DNA of 64,000 bases from Nitrosopumilus sp. (GCA_965238275.1 OZ250186.1:1664001-1728000), one strand, 5' to 3'; counted from the first letter of the stretch, positions 53,528 through 63,744 are shown. Notes: a model not told the origin generated them from the sequence alone. Program-made: numbers and translations.

Positions 53528-56500
53528 TCAGTTGGCAGCGCTGACGGTGTAGGACTGGTCGGAGCCTGAGGGGGTGAGGCTGGACAGCGGGTTGTTTGCA
53601 GAGTCCGTGATGTCGTTGTCTTGGGTTACGTCAAGATTGTACATGCCTGCCTGGGAAGAGTCTACCGTGACATAATACTGGCTGCCGGAGCCCGTCACGG
53701 ACGTGATGGGGTCGACGCCCTCGCCTAACGCAAGGGACCAGCTGTTCAGGGTGCCTTCATCGCCGTTATAGTCGTCATGGATTCGCAGCTGCCAGTCGCC
53801 GTTGATCGAGACGCCTCCAAAGTCGGGAGTGTATGTCGCGACGATGTCGCGTGACGAGCCGCCGGTGCGGTTGTGGAGAGTCTCGGTAGTGCCGTCAGGC
53901 GCGATGAGCTGTACCAAAAGATCGCCTATGTAGGTGTGTGTGATGTTTACAGATACAGACACCGATGCGGCAATGGCAGAATCAGAGACGGCGATCGTGT
54001 CTGCCTTGCTAACGTTAAACGGTACAAAGAGGGAAGGCGCGCTGGACGAACGTCTGGGAGCCCGCACCAGGGCTGCCCGGGGACAGCCCAAAGTCGTCAG
54101 TGCCCACGCCGGTCACGGTCTCGCTGAAGGCCAGAACTGGAGCGTGTCACCCAGTAGCCTGCGTTGCAGGATCGTACCTCGTGATGGATGTGACAGATGG
54201 GGCCGAGTCTACGACGGTGACTGCGGTTGTGGAGAGTCTCGGTAGTGCCGTCAGGCGCGATGAGCTGTACCAAAAGATCGCCTATGTAGGTGTGTGTGAT
54301 GTTTACAGATACAGACACCGATGCGGCAATGGCAGAATCAGAGACGGCGATCGTGTCTGCCTTGCTAACGTTAAACGGTACAAAGAGGGAAGGCGCGCTG
54401 GAATACGTGAACGTCTGGGAGCCCGCACCAGGGCTGCCCGGGGACAGCCCAAAGTCGTCAGTGCCCACGCCGGTCACGGTCTCGCTGAAGGCCACCTTGA
54501 ACTGGAGCGTGTCACCGTCAGTAGCCTGCGTTGCAGGATCGTGCCTCGTGATGGATGTGACAGATGGGGCCGAGTCTACGACGGTGACTGTTCTGGTTAC
54601 CTGGGTGGCAGAATTGCCAGCGTCGTCTGTACACGTAAAGGTCACCTCGTATGCCTGGGCAACGTTGGTGTTCACGTCGTTGGACACGGCGATCCGAGAC
54701 GAGATGTCGCCGTCGGTGTCGTCTTCACACGTTGCACCATCGTCAACGTACGTTGTGCCCACGCCCACGCTTACTGCAGACTGGCCCACAAGCGTGATTA
54801 CCGGCGGTGTGTCGTCGAATGGGGCCGTGACGGTGTAGGACTGGTCGGAGCCTGAGGGGGTGAGGCTGGACAGCGGGTTGTTTGCAGAGTCCGTGATGTC
54901 GTTGTCTTGGGTTACGTCAAGATTGTACGTGCCTTCATGGAAAGAGTCTACCGTGACATAATACTGGCTGCCGGAGCCCGTCACGGACGTGATGGGGTCG
55001 ACGCCCTCGCCTAACGCAAGGGACCAGCTGTTCAGGGTGCCTTCATCGCCGTTATAGTCGTCATGGATTCGCAGCTGCCAGTCGCCGTTGATCGAGACGC
55101 TTCCAAAGTCGGGAGTGTATGTAGCGACGATGTCGCGTGACGAGCCGCCGGCGCGGTTGTGGAGAGTCTCGGTAGTGCCGTCAGGCGCGATGAGCTGTAC
55201 CAAAAGATCGCCTATGTAGGCGTGTGTGATGTTTACAGACACTGACACCGATGCGGCAATGGCAGAGTCAGAGACGGCGATCGTGTCTGCCTTGCTAACG
55301 TTAAACGGTACAAAGAGGGACGGCGAACTGGAATACGTGAACGTATTGGAGACGGCGGCGCTTGGGCCGTCAGGGGACAGCCCAAAGTCGTCAGTGCCCA
55401 CGCCGGTCACGGTCTCGCTGAAGGCCACCTTGAACTGGAGCGTTTCGCTGTCAGTAACCTGCGTTGCAGGATCGTACCTCGTGATGTAGGTAATGGTAGG
55501 CACTGTTTCAGAAGATGGATTGACCTTGATGCTGGCGGAAATAGATGGCTTTACGTCAAGTCCAATCGTGCGTATATTTGCAGTGTCGGCAGTTATTGTT
55601 ATGTCATATCTGGATTTAGTAGAATAGTCAGAGACGGAATTGAGGACAAGCCGTCCGTCCGTGATTGTAAAGTAGCTAGCGTCCGTACCTGTAATGTTGT
55701 AATTGTCAATACCTGTATCAAACCCTACCAGTGTTGATATGTCAGCGACTGATGTTTGGCCGTTATCAACTGACGTATCTTCCAGAACAATAAACCACGA
55801 TCCCAGATTCCCATCGAATTCGATGGCATTGTCGAACATTTCAAGCATACCATAATGGTGGGTTACAGAAGAGACGTCCCAGTTGGACAGGTCGCTGTTG
55901 AAGGAGCTGGCGCCAGCGAACATGCTTAGCATGCTTGTCACGGAGGAGACGTCCCAGTTGGACAGGTCGCTGTTGAAGGCAGTGGCGCCAGCGAAAGTAG
56001 GTCATGCGTTACTTTGGGTCCCAGTTGGACAGGTTTGAAGGAGCTGGCGTCGAATATGTTGCAGACTGGATTTGAGAGACGTCCCAATTGGACAGGTCGC
56101 CTGGTGAATTCTTGAACATGTGGCGCCGGGTTGGAGCGATAGATGTAGGGGTATCATCTGCCTCCATGTTACTTTGGATATGCGTCCCAGTTGGACAGGT
56201 CGTTGGTTGCTGGTGAAGAAACGTTCCAGGTCGCTGAGGCAACAGTAGTGGCTATTGGCGAAGGGCCATGTAACGCAGACTGGTCAGTCTTTGAGATGCC
56301 ACAATGTGGTCTTATAGACGCAATTGGACAGGTCGCCGTGGTGAAGAAGTGGGGAATTCTTGAACATGTAGGTCACGCGCGGGTTGGAGGATAGATTAGG
56401 GGTATCATCTGCCTCATATTGCATGTTTACTGTGCCACGGAGCATGTATGACATATCAGACCATGCGGTGTCTCCCCACTGATCTAGGGATATGAGCAAT

Positions 56501-57132
56501 TTAGGGGAATCGTTGGTTGTAACAGGATCGGTATAGTGAAAATAGAAACGTTCCAGGTCGCCTGAGATTGCAACAGTAGTGGTTATTGGCGAAAAGGGCC
56601 GGGAGTGTATATAACTTTTAGACACCTGCCCGCTTTTGGTGACGTTCTGTGCGGCACTGCCATCCCCCCAGTCTATTGACACCTGGCCTCCGGATGCCAC
56701 GTCAATGTGGAATCTTATAGACGCGTAACGGTACTGGGACTGATCTGTAGGTGCTCCAGTAATATTCCACGTGGTGACAAAAGAAGAAGTGTCAGATACT
56801 TGTGCATACGCCTGTGGTAGTAGCATCGAATACACCTCCGCATCTGCCAGGCCAGGCCAGTTATAGAACGGGGGATGTGGCAGCTGAGACGTAATCCGTA
56901 ATTAGTCGTTAGGCACAAAGTGGGAATAGATGCTAGGCACGAAATGACCCAAAACTGCCTATTACGGATTATGTCTCTGGTTCGTCTCTGCCTGCGAGGC
57001 CTCATCGTAAGGTCCTGCCAGCAGTCCAAACATCAGCACCGCACCCAACAACACAGCATATGCGATAGGCCTTCTGCGTGACTTGGAGCTGCGACTCTCC
57101 CCACAGTATGAAGACAAGCTAATATCAAGCAT
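53528..57132 (-). pseudogene. large surface protein (signal peptide, BspA/DUF285 repeats, cadherin-like, DUF5011 Ig-like, repeated proprotein-convertase P domains), fragmented
   Basis: FNSDLSNWDVSSVT repeats; NITHTYIGDL...NGDWQLRIHD P domains; PPVITLVG; ORFs 53528-54091, 54097-55941, 56284-56835. Confidence 0.8.
56887..56976. mobile_element. 90-bp MITE
   Basis: TIRs AGACGTAATCCGTAAT / ATTACGGATTATGTCT (15/16); 3-bp TSD CTG. Confidence 0.85.
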
Positions 57133-57438
57133 TCAGCAAATTCTACAAAATCGCATATAACTAGATACGGATCAAAGATTTTACACCTCCTGTAGGGTGT
57201 GTGTGAACTCAGGTCCGTTCCTAAAATTTGGCCTCCTGCGTATCAGATTAGACCATGCATCTTCATTGATCACGGGATCCGAGGATTCTCGTGAGAAATT
57301 CAGACATCTCGCTCCTGCGAAAGGAAGTGGCAAAGGTGGTGGTCGAAAACATGAATCTTCAGAAGAAGATGGCCAAGAACGAGGCCGAATACACCAAGAA
57401 GATAACGCTCCTCGAGTTGAAAGTCGGCCGCATAGTGC

Positions 57439-57836
57439 TGGTCTTTTTGTCCGGTTTTGCGCCGATGCTCCTTGCAACGGCAGCCGATATGATGCCCTTT
57501 GCCTCCTGCAACTCTGCCGTGAGATCCTGGATCTGTTTGAGGGCGGCAGCGTAAAGATCAGCGAGTTTGGCCATCTGCCGGTCTTTTTCGGCCATCTGCC
57601 GGTCTTTTTCGGCCATCTGCTCTGCCATCACACCCACTTTTTCCTCCAGTTCTGCAATCCTTGACTCGGAATTATCATCAGACATATGCAAACCGTGGGC
57701 AACAATGATCTAAAAATTAGGACGGAGAGAAAAACTCGATCAAGTGATCAAAAATAGTTTTAAAAAATTAGACAGACGCGGATTTTCTGATTGTAGATAT
57801 GGAGTTCAACATTTGATCAAAAAACTACACAGATAC
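57439..57836 (-). mobile_element. truncated second copy of the IS66 element (left end and start of transposase)
   Basis: Near-identical to the reverse complement of about 42783-43225, with two rather than four 21-bp repeats. Confidence 0.9.
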
Positions 57837-57871
57837 GAATGATTTAATACCAGAGTTTTAGGCTGTGCGAT

Positions 57872-60064
57872 ATGGTCAAGTTCAAGTCCACCGGGGAAGT
57901 TCTTAAGATCATCAAAAACAAGGACCAGATCAGGAACTTTGGGGTAATAGCCCACGTGGATCACGGCAAGACCACCATGAGCGACAGCCTTTTGGCATAC
58001 TCTGGGATAATAGCGCCCTCTGCTGCCGGAAAGGCGCTTGCGATGGACTTTGACAAGGAGGAGCAGCAGAGGGGAATCACGATATACCAGGCAAACGTCA
58101 CGCTGCACTTTTCCCAGGAGGACAGGGAATACGTGATTAACATGGTAGACACCCCCGGGCACGTGGACTTTAGCGGAAGGGTCATTCGGAGCCTCAGGGC
58201 AATCGACGGGGCAGTCGTGGTGTGCGACGCAGTCGAGGGGATAATGACCCAGACTGAGACTGTGACCAGGATGGCCCTTGAGGAGCGGGTCAAGCCGGTG
58301 CTCTTCATAAACAAGGTGGACCGCCTCATAAAGGAGCTCAGGCTCACCCCCGAAAAGATGCAGCAGCAGCTGGTCGATGTCGTCTCAAACTTCAACCAGC
58401 TTATCGATACATATGCAGAACCCGAGTACAGGGAGAAGTGGAAGGTCGCCATCCAGGACGCCAGCGTGACGTTTGGCTCTGCCAAGGACAGGTGGGCCAT
58501 CAACATTGATCTTATGAAGAAGCGGGGGATCACCTTCAAGGATGTCATAGACGCCTACGAGAACGGGACGGTCCCAGACCTGGTGGAGAAGGCCCCCCTG
58601 GCTGATGCCGTACTGGGAATGGTCGTAAAGCACCACCCCGCGCCGCACGAGGCGGTAAAGTACAGGATTCCCCAGATATGGAAGGGGGATCTCGAGTCGG
58701 ACATCGGAAAGGCGCTTCTTTCATGCAGCGACGAGGGGCCGACCATAATGATGATAGTCAACATGGTGCTGGACCCTGCCGCGGGTCCTGTCGCAATCGG
58801 CAGGCTGTTTTCTGGCACCATCCGGGACGGCCAGACGATCAACATAATCGACGAGAAGCGCGAGGGGCGAATCCAGTCTGTAAACTTTTTCATGGGAAAC
58901 CAGAGGGAGCAGGTGGGCCAGCTTGGCGCCGGAAACATCCCCGCGCTGCTCGGGCTGACCGAAGCCCGGGCCGGCAACACGATATCTTCAGTCAAGGGCA
59001 TTCCGATGTTCGAGGGGGTAAAGTACGTCTCAGAACCAGTAGTCCAGGTGGCAGTCGAGCCAAAACACCCCAAGGACCTGCCCAAGCTGGTGGAGGTGCT
59101 GCGGCAGCTGACCATAGAGGATCCCAACCTGGTGGTAAAGATAGATGAGGAGAGCGGCGAAACCATAGTGGCAGGCATGGGGGTGCTGCACCTGGACGTG
59201 GCGACGCACCGGATCCAGGACGCCAAGGTGCCCATAGTCACCTCGGAGCCGCTGATCAACTACAGGGAGACTGTCAAGGCCTCATGCGAGCCTGTAATGG
59301 CAAAGTCGCCCAACAGGCACAACAAGATCTTCATGAGAGTCGAGCCCCTCGAGCCTGAGATTGCACACATGCTCAGGACCGGCGAGATAAGCGATCTCAA
59401 GGACAAGCAGATAGTCTCCGACCTGCTAAAGGGAGCCGGATGGGACACTGACACCATCAAGAGGGTGATGAGGTTTGACTCTCGCGGCAACGTCCTGATA
59501 AACGGGACCAAGGGTGTCCAGTTCGTCCAGGAATCCACCGACTCTATAAACTCCGGGTTTGACGACGTAATGAAGGAGGGCCCCCTGTGCAGGGAGCAGA
59601 TGAGGGGCTGCAAGTTCATCTTTACCCATTTCGTTCCGCACGAGGACACCGCCCACAGGGGACTCTCCCAGCTGGGCCCTGCATCCCGCAGGGCGTGCAT
59701 GGGGGCGCTGCTCACCGCGGGAACCGCCGTGCTCGAGCCGATGCTGGCAGTGGAGGTGCGCGTCCCGACTGACCTGGTCGGAAACGTGGCGACTGTCCTG
59801 TCAGGCAAGCGCGGCAAGGTTCTTGACATGGTCCAAAAGGGCGCATCAAGCATCATTACAGGCGAGATTCCTGCATCCGAAACCTTTACGCTATCTGACG
59901 AGATGAGGGGCCAGACTGCGGGGCGCGCGACATGGAACACGTCGTTCAAGGCGTGGACTGAGATTCCAAAGTCCCTGCTGCAGACGGCAATCTCTGACAT
60001 CAGAAAGCGCAAGGGGCTTGCGCCCAGCCCGCCTGTAGTAGGCGAGTTCATCGACAGGGAATAA
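57872..60064 (+). CDS. fusA: archaeal elongation factor 2
   Basis: AHVDHGKTT, DTPGHVDF, NKVD, diphthamide loop HEDTAHRG. Confidence 0.98.
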   Translation: MVKFKSTGEVLKIIKNKDQIRNFGVIAHVDHGKTTMSDSLLAYSGIIAPSAAGKALAMDFDKEEQQRGITIYQANVTLHFSQEDREYVINMVDTPGHVDFSGRVIRSLRAIDGAVVVCDAVEGIMTQTETVTRMALEERVKPVLFINKVDRLIKELRLTPEKMQQQLVDVVSNFNQLIDTYAEPEYREKWKVAIQDASVTFGSAKDRWAINIDLMKKRGITFKDVIDAYENGTVPDLVEKAPLADAVLGMVVKHHPAPHEAVKYRIPQIWKGDLESDIGKALLSCSDEGPTIMMIVNMVLDPAAGPVAIGRLFSGTIRDGQTINIIDEKREGRIQSVNFFMGNQREQVGQLGAGNIPALLGLTEARAGNTISSVKGIPMFEGVKYVSEPVVQVAVEPKHPKDLPKLVEVLRQLTIEDPNLVVKIDEESGETIVAGMGVLHLDVATHRIQDAKVPIVTSEPLINYRETVKASCEPVMAKSPNRHNKIFMRVEPLEPEIAHMLRTGEISDLKDKQIVSDLLKGAGWDTDTIKRVMRFDSRGNVLINGTKGVQFVQESTDSINSGFDDVMKEGPLCREQMRGCKFIFTHFVPHEDTAHRGLSQLGPASRRACMGALLTAGTAVLEPMLAVEVRVPTDLVGNVATVLSGKRGKVLDMVQKGASSIITGEIPASETFTLSDEMRGQTAGRATWNTSFKAWTEIPKSLLQTAISDIRKRKGLAPSPPVVGEFIDRE

Positions 60065-60104
60065 TAGGGTCCGCCTCCCCACCCCTCCCGAATACACCAC
60101 CACT

Positions 60105-60458
60105 CTAGTTTGCCTTCTGCCGTGCCAAAAGAAGATTGACCTTCTTTAAGACATCATCAACAATGTGACTGGCGGCATGGCACCTGAAACTGGCATTTCG
60201 TGCTCGCCAGTCTAGGTTCTTTATATGATCTGCCAGAACCACACCAGATACAGGACTTGAGAGTGGAAGATGTACCTCAAACGGATATCCCTTGATCTGG
60301 GACGTAATGGGACAAAAGAGTGCCAAACCGGTCCACCTTGTTATAAGAACACGGACTCAAGACCAAGGCTGGGCGACGACCCGCCTGCTCGTGTCCAGAC
60401 TGAGGCGTAAAATCCAGCCAGACAATATCTCCTCTTTCGGGGAGATATTCCGGTTCTA
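60105..60458 (-). pseudogene. mazF: MazF/PemK toxin; start codon separated by the TnpB element and +1 frameshift near 60332
   Basis: YLPERGDIVWLDFTPQSGHEQAGRRPALVLS then a shifted frame LALFCPITSQIKGYPFEV...DHIKNLDWRAR. Confidence 0.85.
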
Positions 60459-60526
60459 TAGTGAAAAGCGAAAGTTCGTGCAATTTTTTGAGATCCTTTT
60501 TAAGAAAATAAATCCCAACTACAGGT

Positions 60527-61855
60527 ATGATTGTCAGTAAAATCATCAAGATAACACAATCTCGGGAACTGTCACGCAAGATCGTGAAATGCTCCCGGGA
60601 AACAGACATCATTTACGACATGACAATCATGATGAAACTTGCACACTCACGGATCACACAGTTTGATGTCAACAACCTGATAACAGGATGGCGCAGGGAA
60701 TTCGGCCTGACCAACAGCGTCCGCATGCATGAGGCCGCCTCAAAACAGGCTTTCCAGGCGGCAGTCAAATTCCGCAAGGCAAACCGGCTCAAGCACAACA
60801 AGCGCATCTGGCGCAAGAAGCAGATCAAGCTGGGGAAAAAGAAGACGTACAAGCACAATCGGTGGACCGAGCCGTCCAGCCTGATGAGGCGCGGCAGGAA
60901 AACAACCAGGCTGCGCTCGCTGAATTCACGCGCAAAGCCAAAACTGCGAGACAGTGGAGCGGTATTTCTGCCCGGACTCGGGGAAGCAAGGCCACGCACG
61001 AAGGTTCCAGAAGGCAGGCTCGTGTCATTCCAGATGATTGACACCACAGGCAAGGTCACGCGTAAGACCAAGGATGGTGATCGCGAATTCAAACTGCATT
61101 TGCAGATAGAAGTCCCAGACCCCGAACCCGCGACAGGCGGTGGCGGCGGCGGATGCAAGGCAGGGCTGGATCTTGGAGTCAGGCACCTTGCGGCAGTCGC
61201 AGACGAGCATGGGAACGAAAAACTGCACAATGTCCCCGGAGGCTGCAAGAGGCATGACGGCGACAGGATTGATCAGCTGAAATCACTTAGATCAAGATGC
61301 CATGCAGGCTCCAGAAGATGGAAAGAGATCGGCCGCAGGATAACGCATGAATTGAAAAAGATATCAAACAGGCAAAAACACAACGAGGCCGACATTGCCA
61401 GGCGGATAACAAAAGGACTGTCCGTATTGTTCTTGGAAGATCTGGATTTGACCAGGATGAGGCGATCCTGCGGGGCGGCTTCAAAGACGGGGTTGAACCG
61501 CGAGATGGCCTATTCCAGAATGGGCGAGTTCAGGATCCAGCTTGAATGGCAGATGAAAAAGAAAGGCGGAATTTCAAGACGCGTGGAACACGCACATACA
61601 AGCCAGAGGTGCGCTGCCTGCGGGGTAGTGGACAAGAAATCCAGGAACGGCGAATCATTTGTCTGCGTCTCATGCGGATGGTGCCACCATGCCGACAAGA
61701 ACGCGGCAAAAAACATTTTGGATAATGACTGTCTCCATACGGAGGAGACTGGCGGCCAAGCCCACGGGAATCGTGGAGGCACCATTGCGAGGTGTCGAGG
61801 TCGTCACAAGGCGCGAGGATCACGGATCGGATGGTTCTGGAATTCTCGCTCATAA
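60527..61855 (+). CDS. tnpB: TnpB-family RNA-guided endonuclease
   Basis: RuvC-I GLDLG, RuvC-II LEDL, zinc finger TSQRCAACG...CVSCG, RuvC-III HADKNAAKNI. Confidence 0.9.
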   Translation: MIVSKIIKITQSRELSRKIVKCSRETDIIYDMTIMMKLAHSRITQFDVNNLITGWRREFGLTNSVRMHEAASKQAFQAAVKFRKANRLKHNKRIWRKKQIKLGKKKTYKHNRWTEPSSLMRRGRKTTRLRSLNSRAKPKLRDSGAVFLPGLGEARPRTKVPEGRLVSFQMIDTTGKVTRKTKDGDREFKLHLQIEVPDPEPATGGGGGGCKAGLDLGVRHLAAVADEHGNEKLHNVPGGCKRHDGDRIDQLKSLRSRCHAGSRRWKEIGRRITHELKKISNRQKHNEADIARRITKGLSVLFLEDLDLTRMRRSCGAASKTGLNREMAYSRMGEFRIQLEWQMKKKGGISRRVEHAHTSQRCAACGVVDKKSRNGESFVCVSCGWCHHADKNAAKNILDNDCLHTEETGGQAHGNRGGTIARCRGRHKARGSRIGWFWNSRS

Positions 61856-61995
61856 ATTTTTGATTTTCTGGTGCGATGCAGCTCGAGATGTGTGTTTATG
61901 TTCTTCATTGGAATCCAAATCAAACTGGGCATCGTCTGCATCTTGGTGCGTTATATACCAGCAATGAAAAACATATTCGCTCATAAATTTTTGAT
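61846..61995 (+). repeat. two 19-bp direct repeats flanking a copy of 62218-62313
   Basis: TCGCTCATAAATTTTTGAT at 61846-61864 and 61977-61995; 61863-61956 matches 62218-62313 except for a 2-nt deletion. Confidence 0.85.
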
Positions 61996-62126
61996 GCAAC
62001 AGCCGTCTCAGGTCGGCTTGGATCCGACAACGACGACAATATTGGAAGGTCTGACAGAGCGCCGGAAAGAGCATCAGGACACGCTACAGAGAGATCTGTT
62101 TGCACGAACTTTCGCTCGCCGCTATA

Positions 62127-62273
62127 CCATTCTTCGTTGCCTTGTGATGGGCCGGTATCCTGTTCAGGGTGGATGTTGTCAGGTTCTATACTGGTCAAAA
62201 TGTCTGCCAAGTCATTTATTTTCTGGTGCGATGCAGCTCGAGATGTGTGTTTATGTTCTTCATTGGAATCCAA
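62127..62273 (-). pseudogene. mazE: MazE-like antitoxin (C-terminal portion); stop codon split by the element
   Basis: LADILTSIEPDNIHPEQDTGPSQGNEEW resembles the MazE C-terminus; start uncertain. Confidence 0.7.
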
Positions 62274-62359
62274 ATCAAACTGGGCATCGTCTGCATCTGC
62301 TGGTGCGTTATATCTTTTACATGTCAGATCTTACATATATGCATAATTCGTGTTGGTAT

Positions 62360-62445
62360 GGCGTTGTCCATACCTTCGTCAGAAAACCACTGATAATCTT
62401 AAAGATCATTAGCATCATGCATCGGAAAGGTTTTGGATCACCGAT
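62360..62445 (+). mobile_element. orphan left end of the IS5 family seen at 7894
   Basis: GGCGTTGTCCA terminus plus 42/48 identity of 62398-62445 to 7931-7978. Confidence 0.7.
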
Positions 62446-62632
62446 TCTGCCCTGCCCGGAATCCCTGCGGAGGCCGTGGCTTGCATGACGGTTCCCCCCT
62501 TGCCAGAAGCTCCAGTGTGTACCCCGGCAGGAGTTCACCTTCCATGGTACATGCAGGGAGGGTAGGGGGCCGCAGCAGCGCCATACCACGCACCCCCAGG
62601 TTATTTATTCAGGTACATCCGGTTACTACACC

Positions 62633-62863
62633 ATGGGACTGCTGTACACAAAGTTTTACATGGATTTTGAGAGCGAGGAATGGGACCAAATCTCCAACAA
62701 CCCCCTAATATTCCAGACAGTCAAGGACGGCGTGTCCCTTGAGATCGAGGACACGTCCCACAAGTCATACCGGCTCAACTTCAAAAAGGGCGGGCGGCTC
62801 AATATGTTTCGGGTCACCGGCAAGTTCAGGCTTACGTGGGATGACGGGGATGTCCTGGAATGA
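62633..62863 (+). CDS. hypothetical protein
   Basis: MGLLYTKFYMDF...FRLTWDD; TATA-like TTTATT upstream. Confidence 0.75.
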   Translation: MGLLYTKFYMDFESEEWDQISNNPLIFQTVKDGVSLEIEDTSHKSYRLNFKKGGRLNMFRVTGKFRLTWDDGDVLE

Positions 62864-63144
62864 CTGCTGCTGCAGAACCGCCGCACAACCCGGCAGGCGC
62901 ACCACGGCGCCTACCCTCCCTGGAGCGGCAGGCCCGAGACGCGCTGCGCGGCTTTGATGGTACCCCTGCAGACGAGTTCCTTGGAATCATCAGCCAGATT
63001 CTGCCAAGCCTTCGCAGCGGCCTCACATCCGAATACCTCCGGGGCAAGATCCAAAAGATCCAGGCAGTCTCCGATGCAGCCGAAAGAAAACGCCTCTGCA
63101 GGGCGCTGACCCCGTACCTTGACTGGTACCTCCAGGGACTATGA
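62860..63144 (+). CDS. hypothetical protein
   Basis: ATGA overlap with the upstream gene; ends PYLDWYLQGL. Confidence 0.7.
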   Translation: MTAAAEPPHNPAGAPRRLPSLERQARDALRGFDGTPADEFLGIISQILPSLRSGLTSEYLRGKIQKIQAVSDAAERKRLCRALTPYLDWYLQGL

Positions 63145-63615
63145 AAACTGCCCCAGCCTCTCCAGCGCGGTACCGATGGATGCCAGGTCGCCTTCTGCCT
63201 CCCTCATGTCCCCCACAAGTTCCACAAAGTAGTCGTATCCGGAGTCCCGTGCCTTGAGGATGTCTGCCTCATAGCACGAAAGCGACTTTTTCAGAAACGG
63301 CACCTCTCCCCTCAGCTGGTCCATCTGCCTGGTGCCGTCCAGGCACTCTTGGATGGCCAGGACCGCCTCGTTGATCTTCGGGATGGTCTTTGCCGCCTGC
63401 TGGACCAGGACCGGCCCAAACATGGCTGCCGCACTCTTGAGCTCCGGGCTGCGTCCTATGGTCCTTAGCCTCTTTTTGTAGTGGTGCAGCGATTTGAGCA
63501 CTATCCGGTACCCGCCCTCGTCCTTGAGGTAGATTGCGCCAATCCATGCCTTCTCCTCCTCTGACATTTCACTGCGGGTCTGTCTCATCATTATAAATTT
63601 GGTTGCGTGCTGCAA
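63139..63615 (-). CDS. hypothetical protein
   Basis: Helical ORF with backbone-like codon usage; start uncertain. Confidence 0.7.
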   Translation of the reverse strand: MQHATKFIMMRQTRSEMSEEEKAWIGAIYLKDEGGYRIVLKSLHHYKKRLRTIGRSPELKSAAAMFGPVLVQQAAKTIPKINEAVLAIQECLDGTRQMDQLRGEVPFLKKSLSCYEADILKARDSGYDYFVELVGDMREAEGDLASIGTALERLGQFS

Positions 63616-63744
63616 TGACCCGGATGGGTTATTGCTGCTGTTCCCATGTCATCTGGTGCCGGCCCGTACGGGAGCCTGCCGTGCCGGAGCCTTCCTGCGG
63701 ATGCGCCTGCACCAACCCGTGCCGCGGCCGTCCCCCTCCCACCT

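Larger units (their letters stand above)
60459..62124 (+). mobile_element. TIR-bounded TnpB-only element with TA target-site duplication
   Basis: TAGTGAAAAGCGAAAGTTCGTGCAA vs rc TAGCGGCGAGCGAAAGTTCGTGCAA (21/25); TA at 60457-60458 and 62125-62126; removal restores mazE-mazF. Confidence 0.85.

Noticed and set aside
60040-60105. Casposon integration at the aEF-2 3' end (known in Nitrosopumilus)
   Set aside because: No cas1/polB, and no convincing TIR or duplicated aEF-2 3' end seen
61846-61995. CRISPR array
   Set aside because: Only two 19-bp repeats with a 112-bp spacer and no cas genes; reported as a repeat cassette instead
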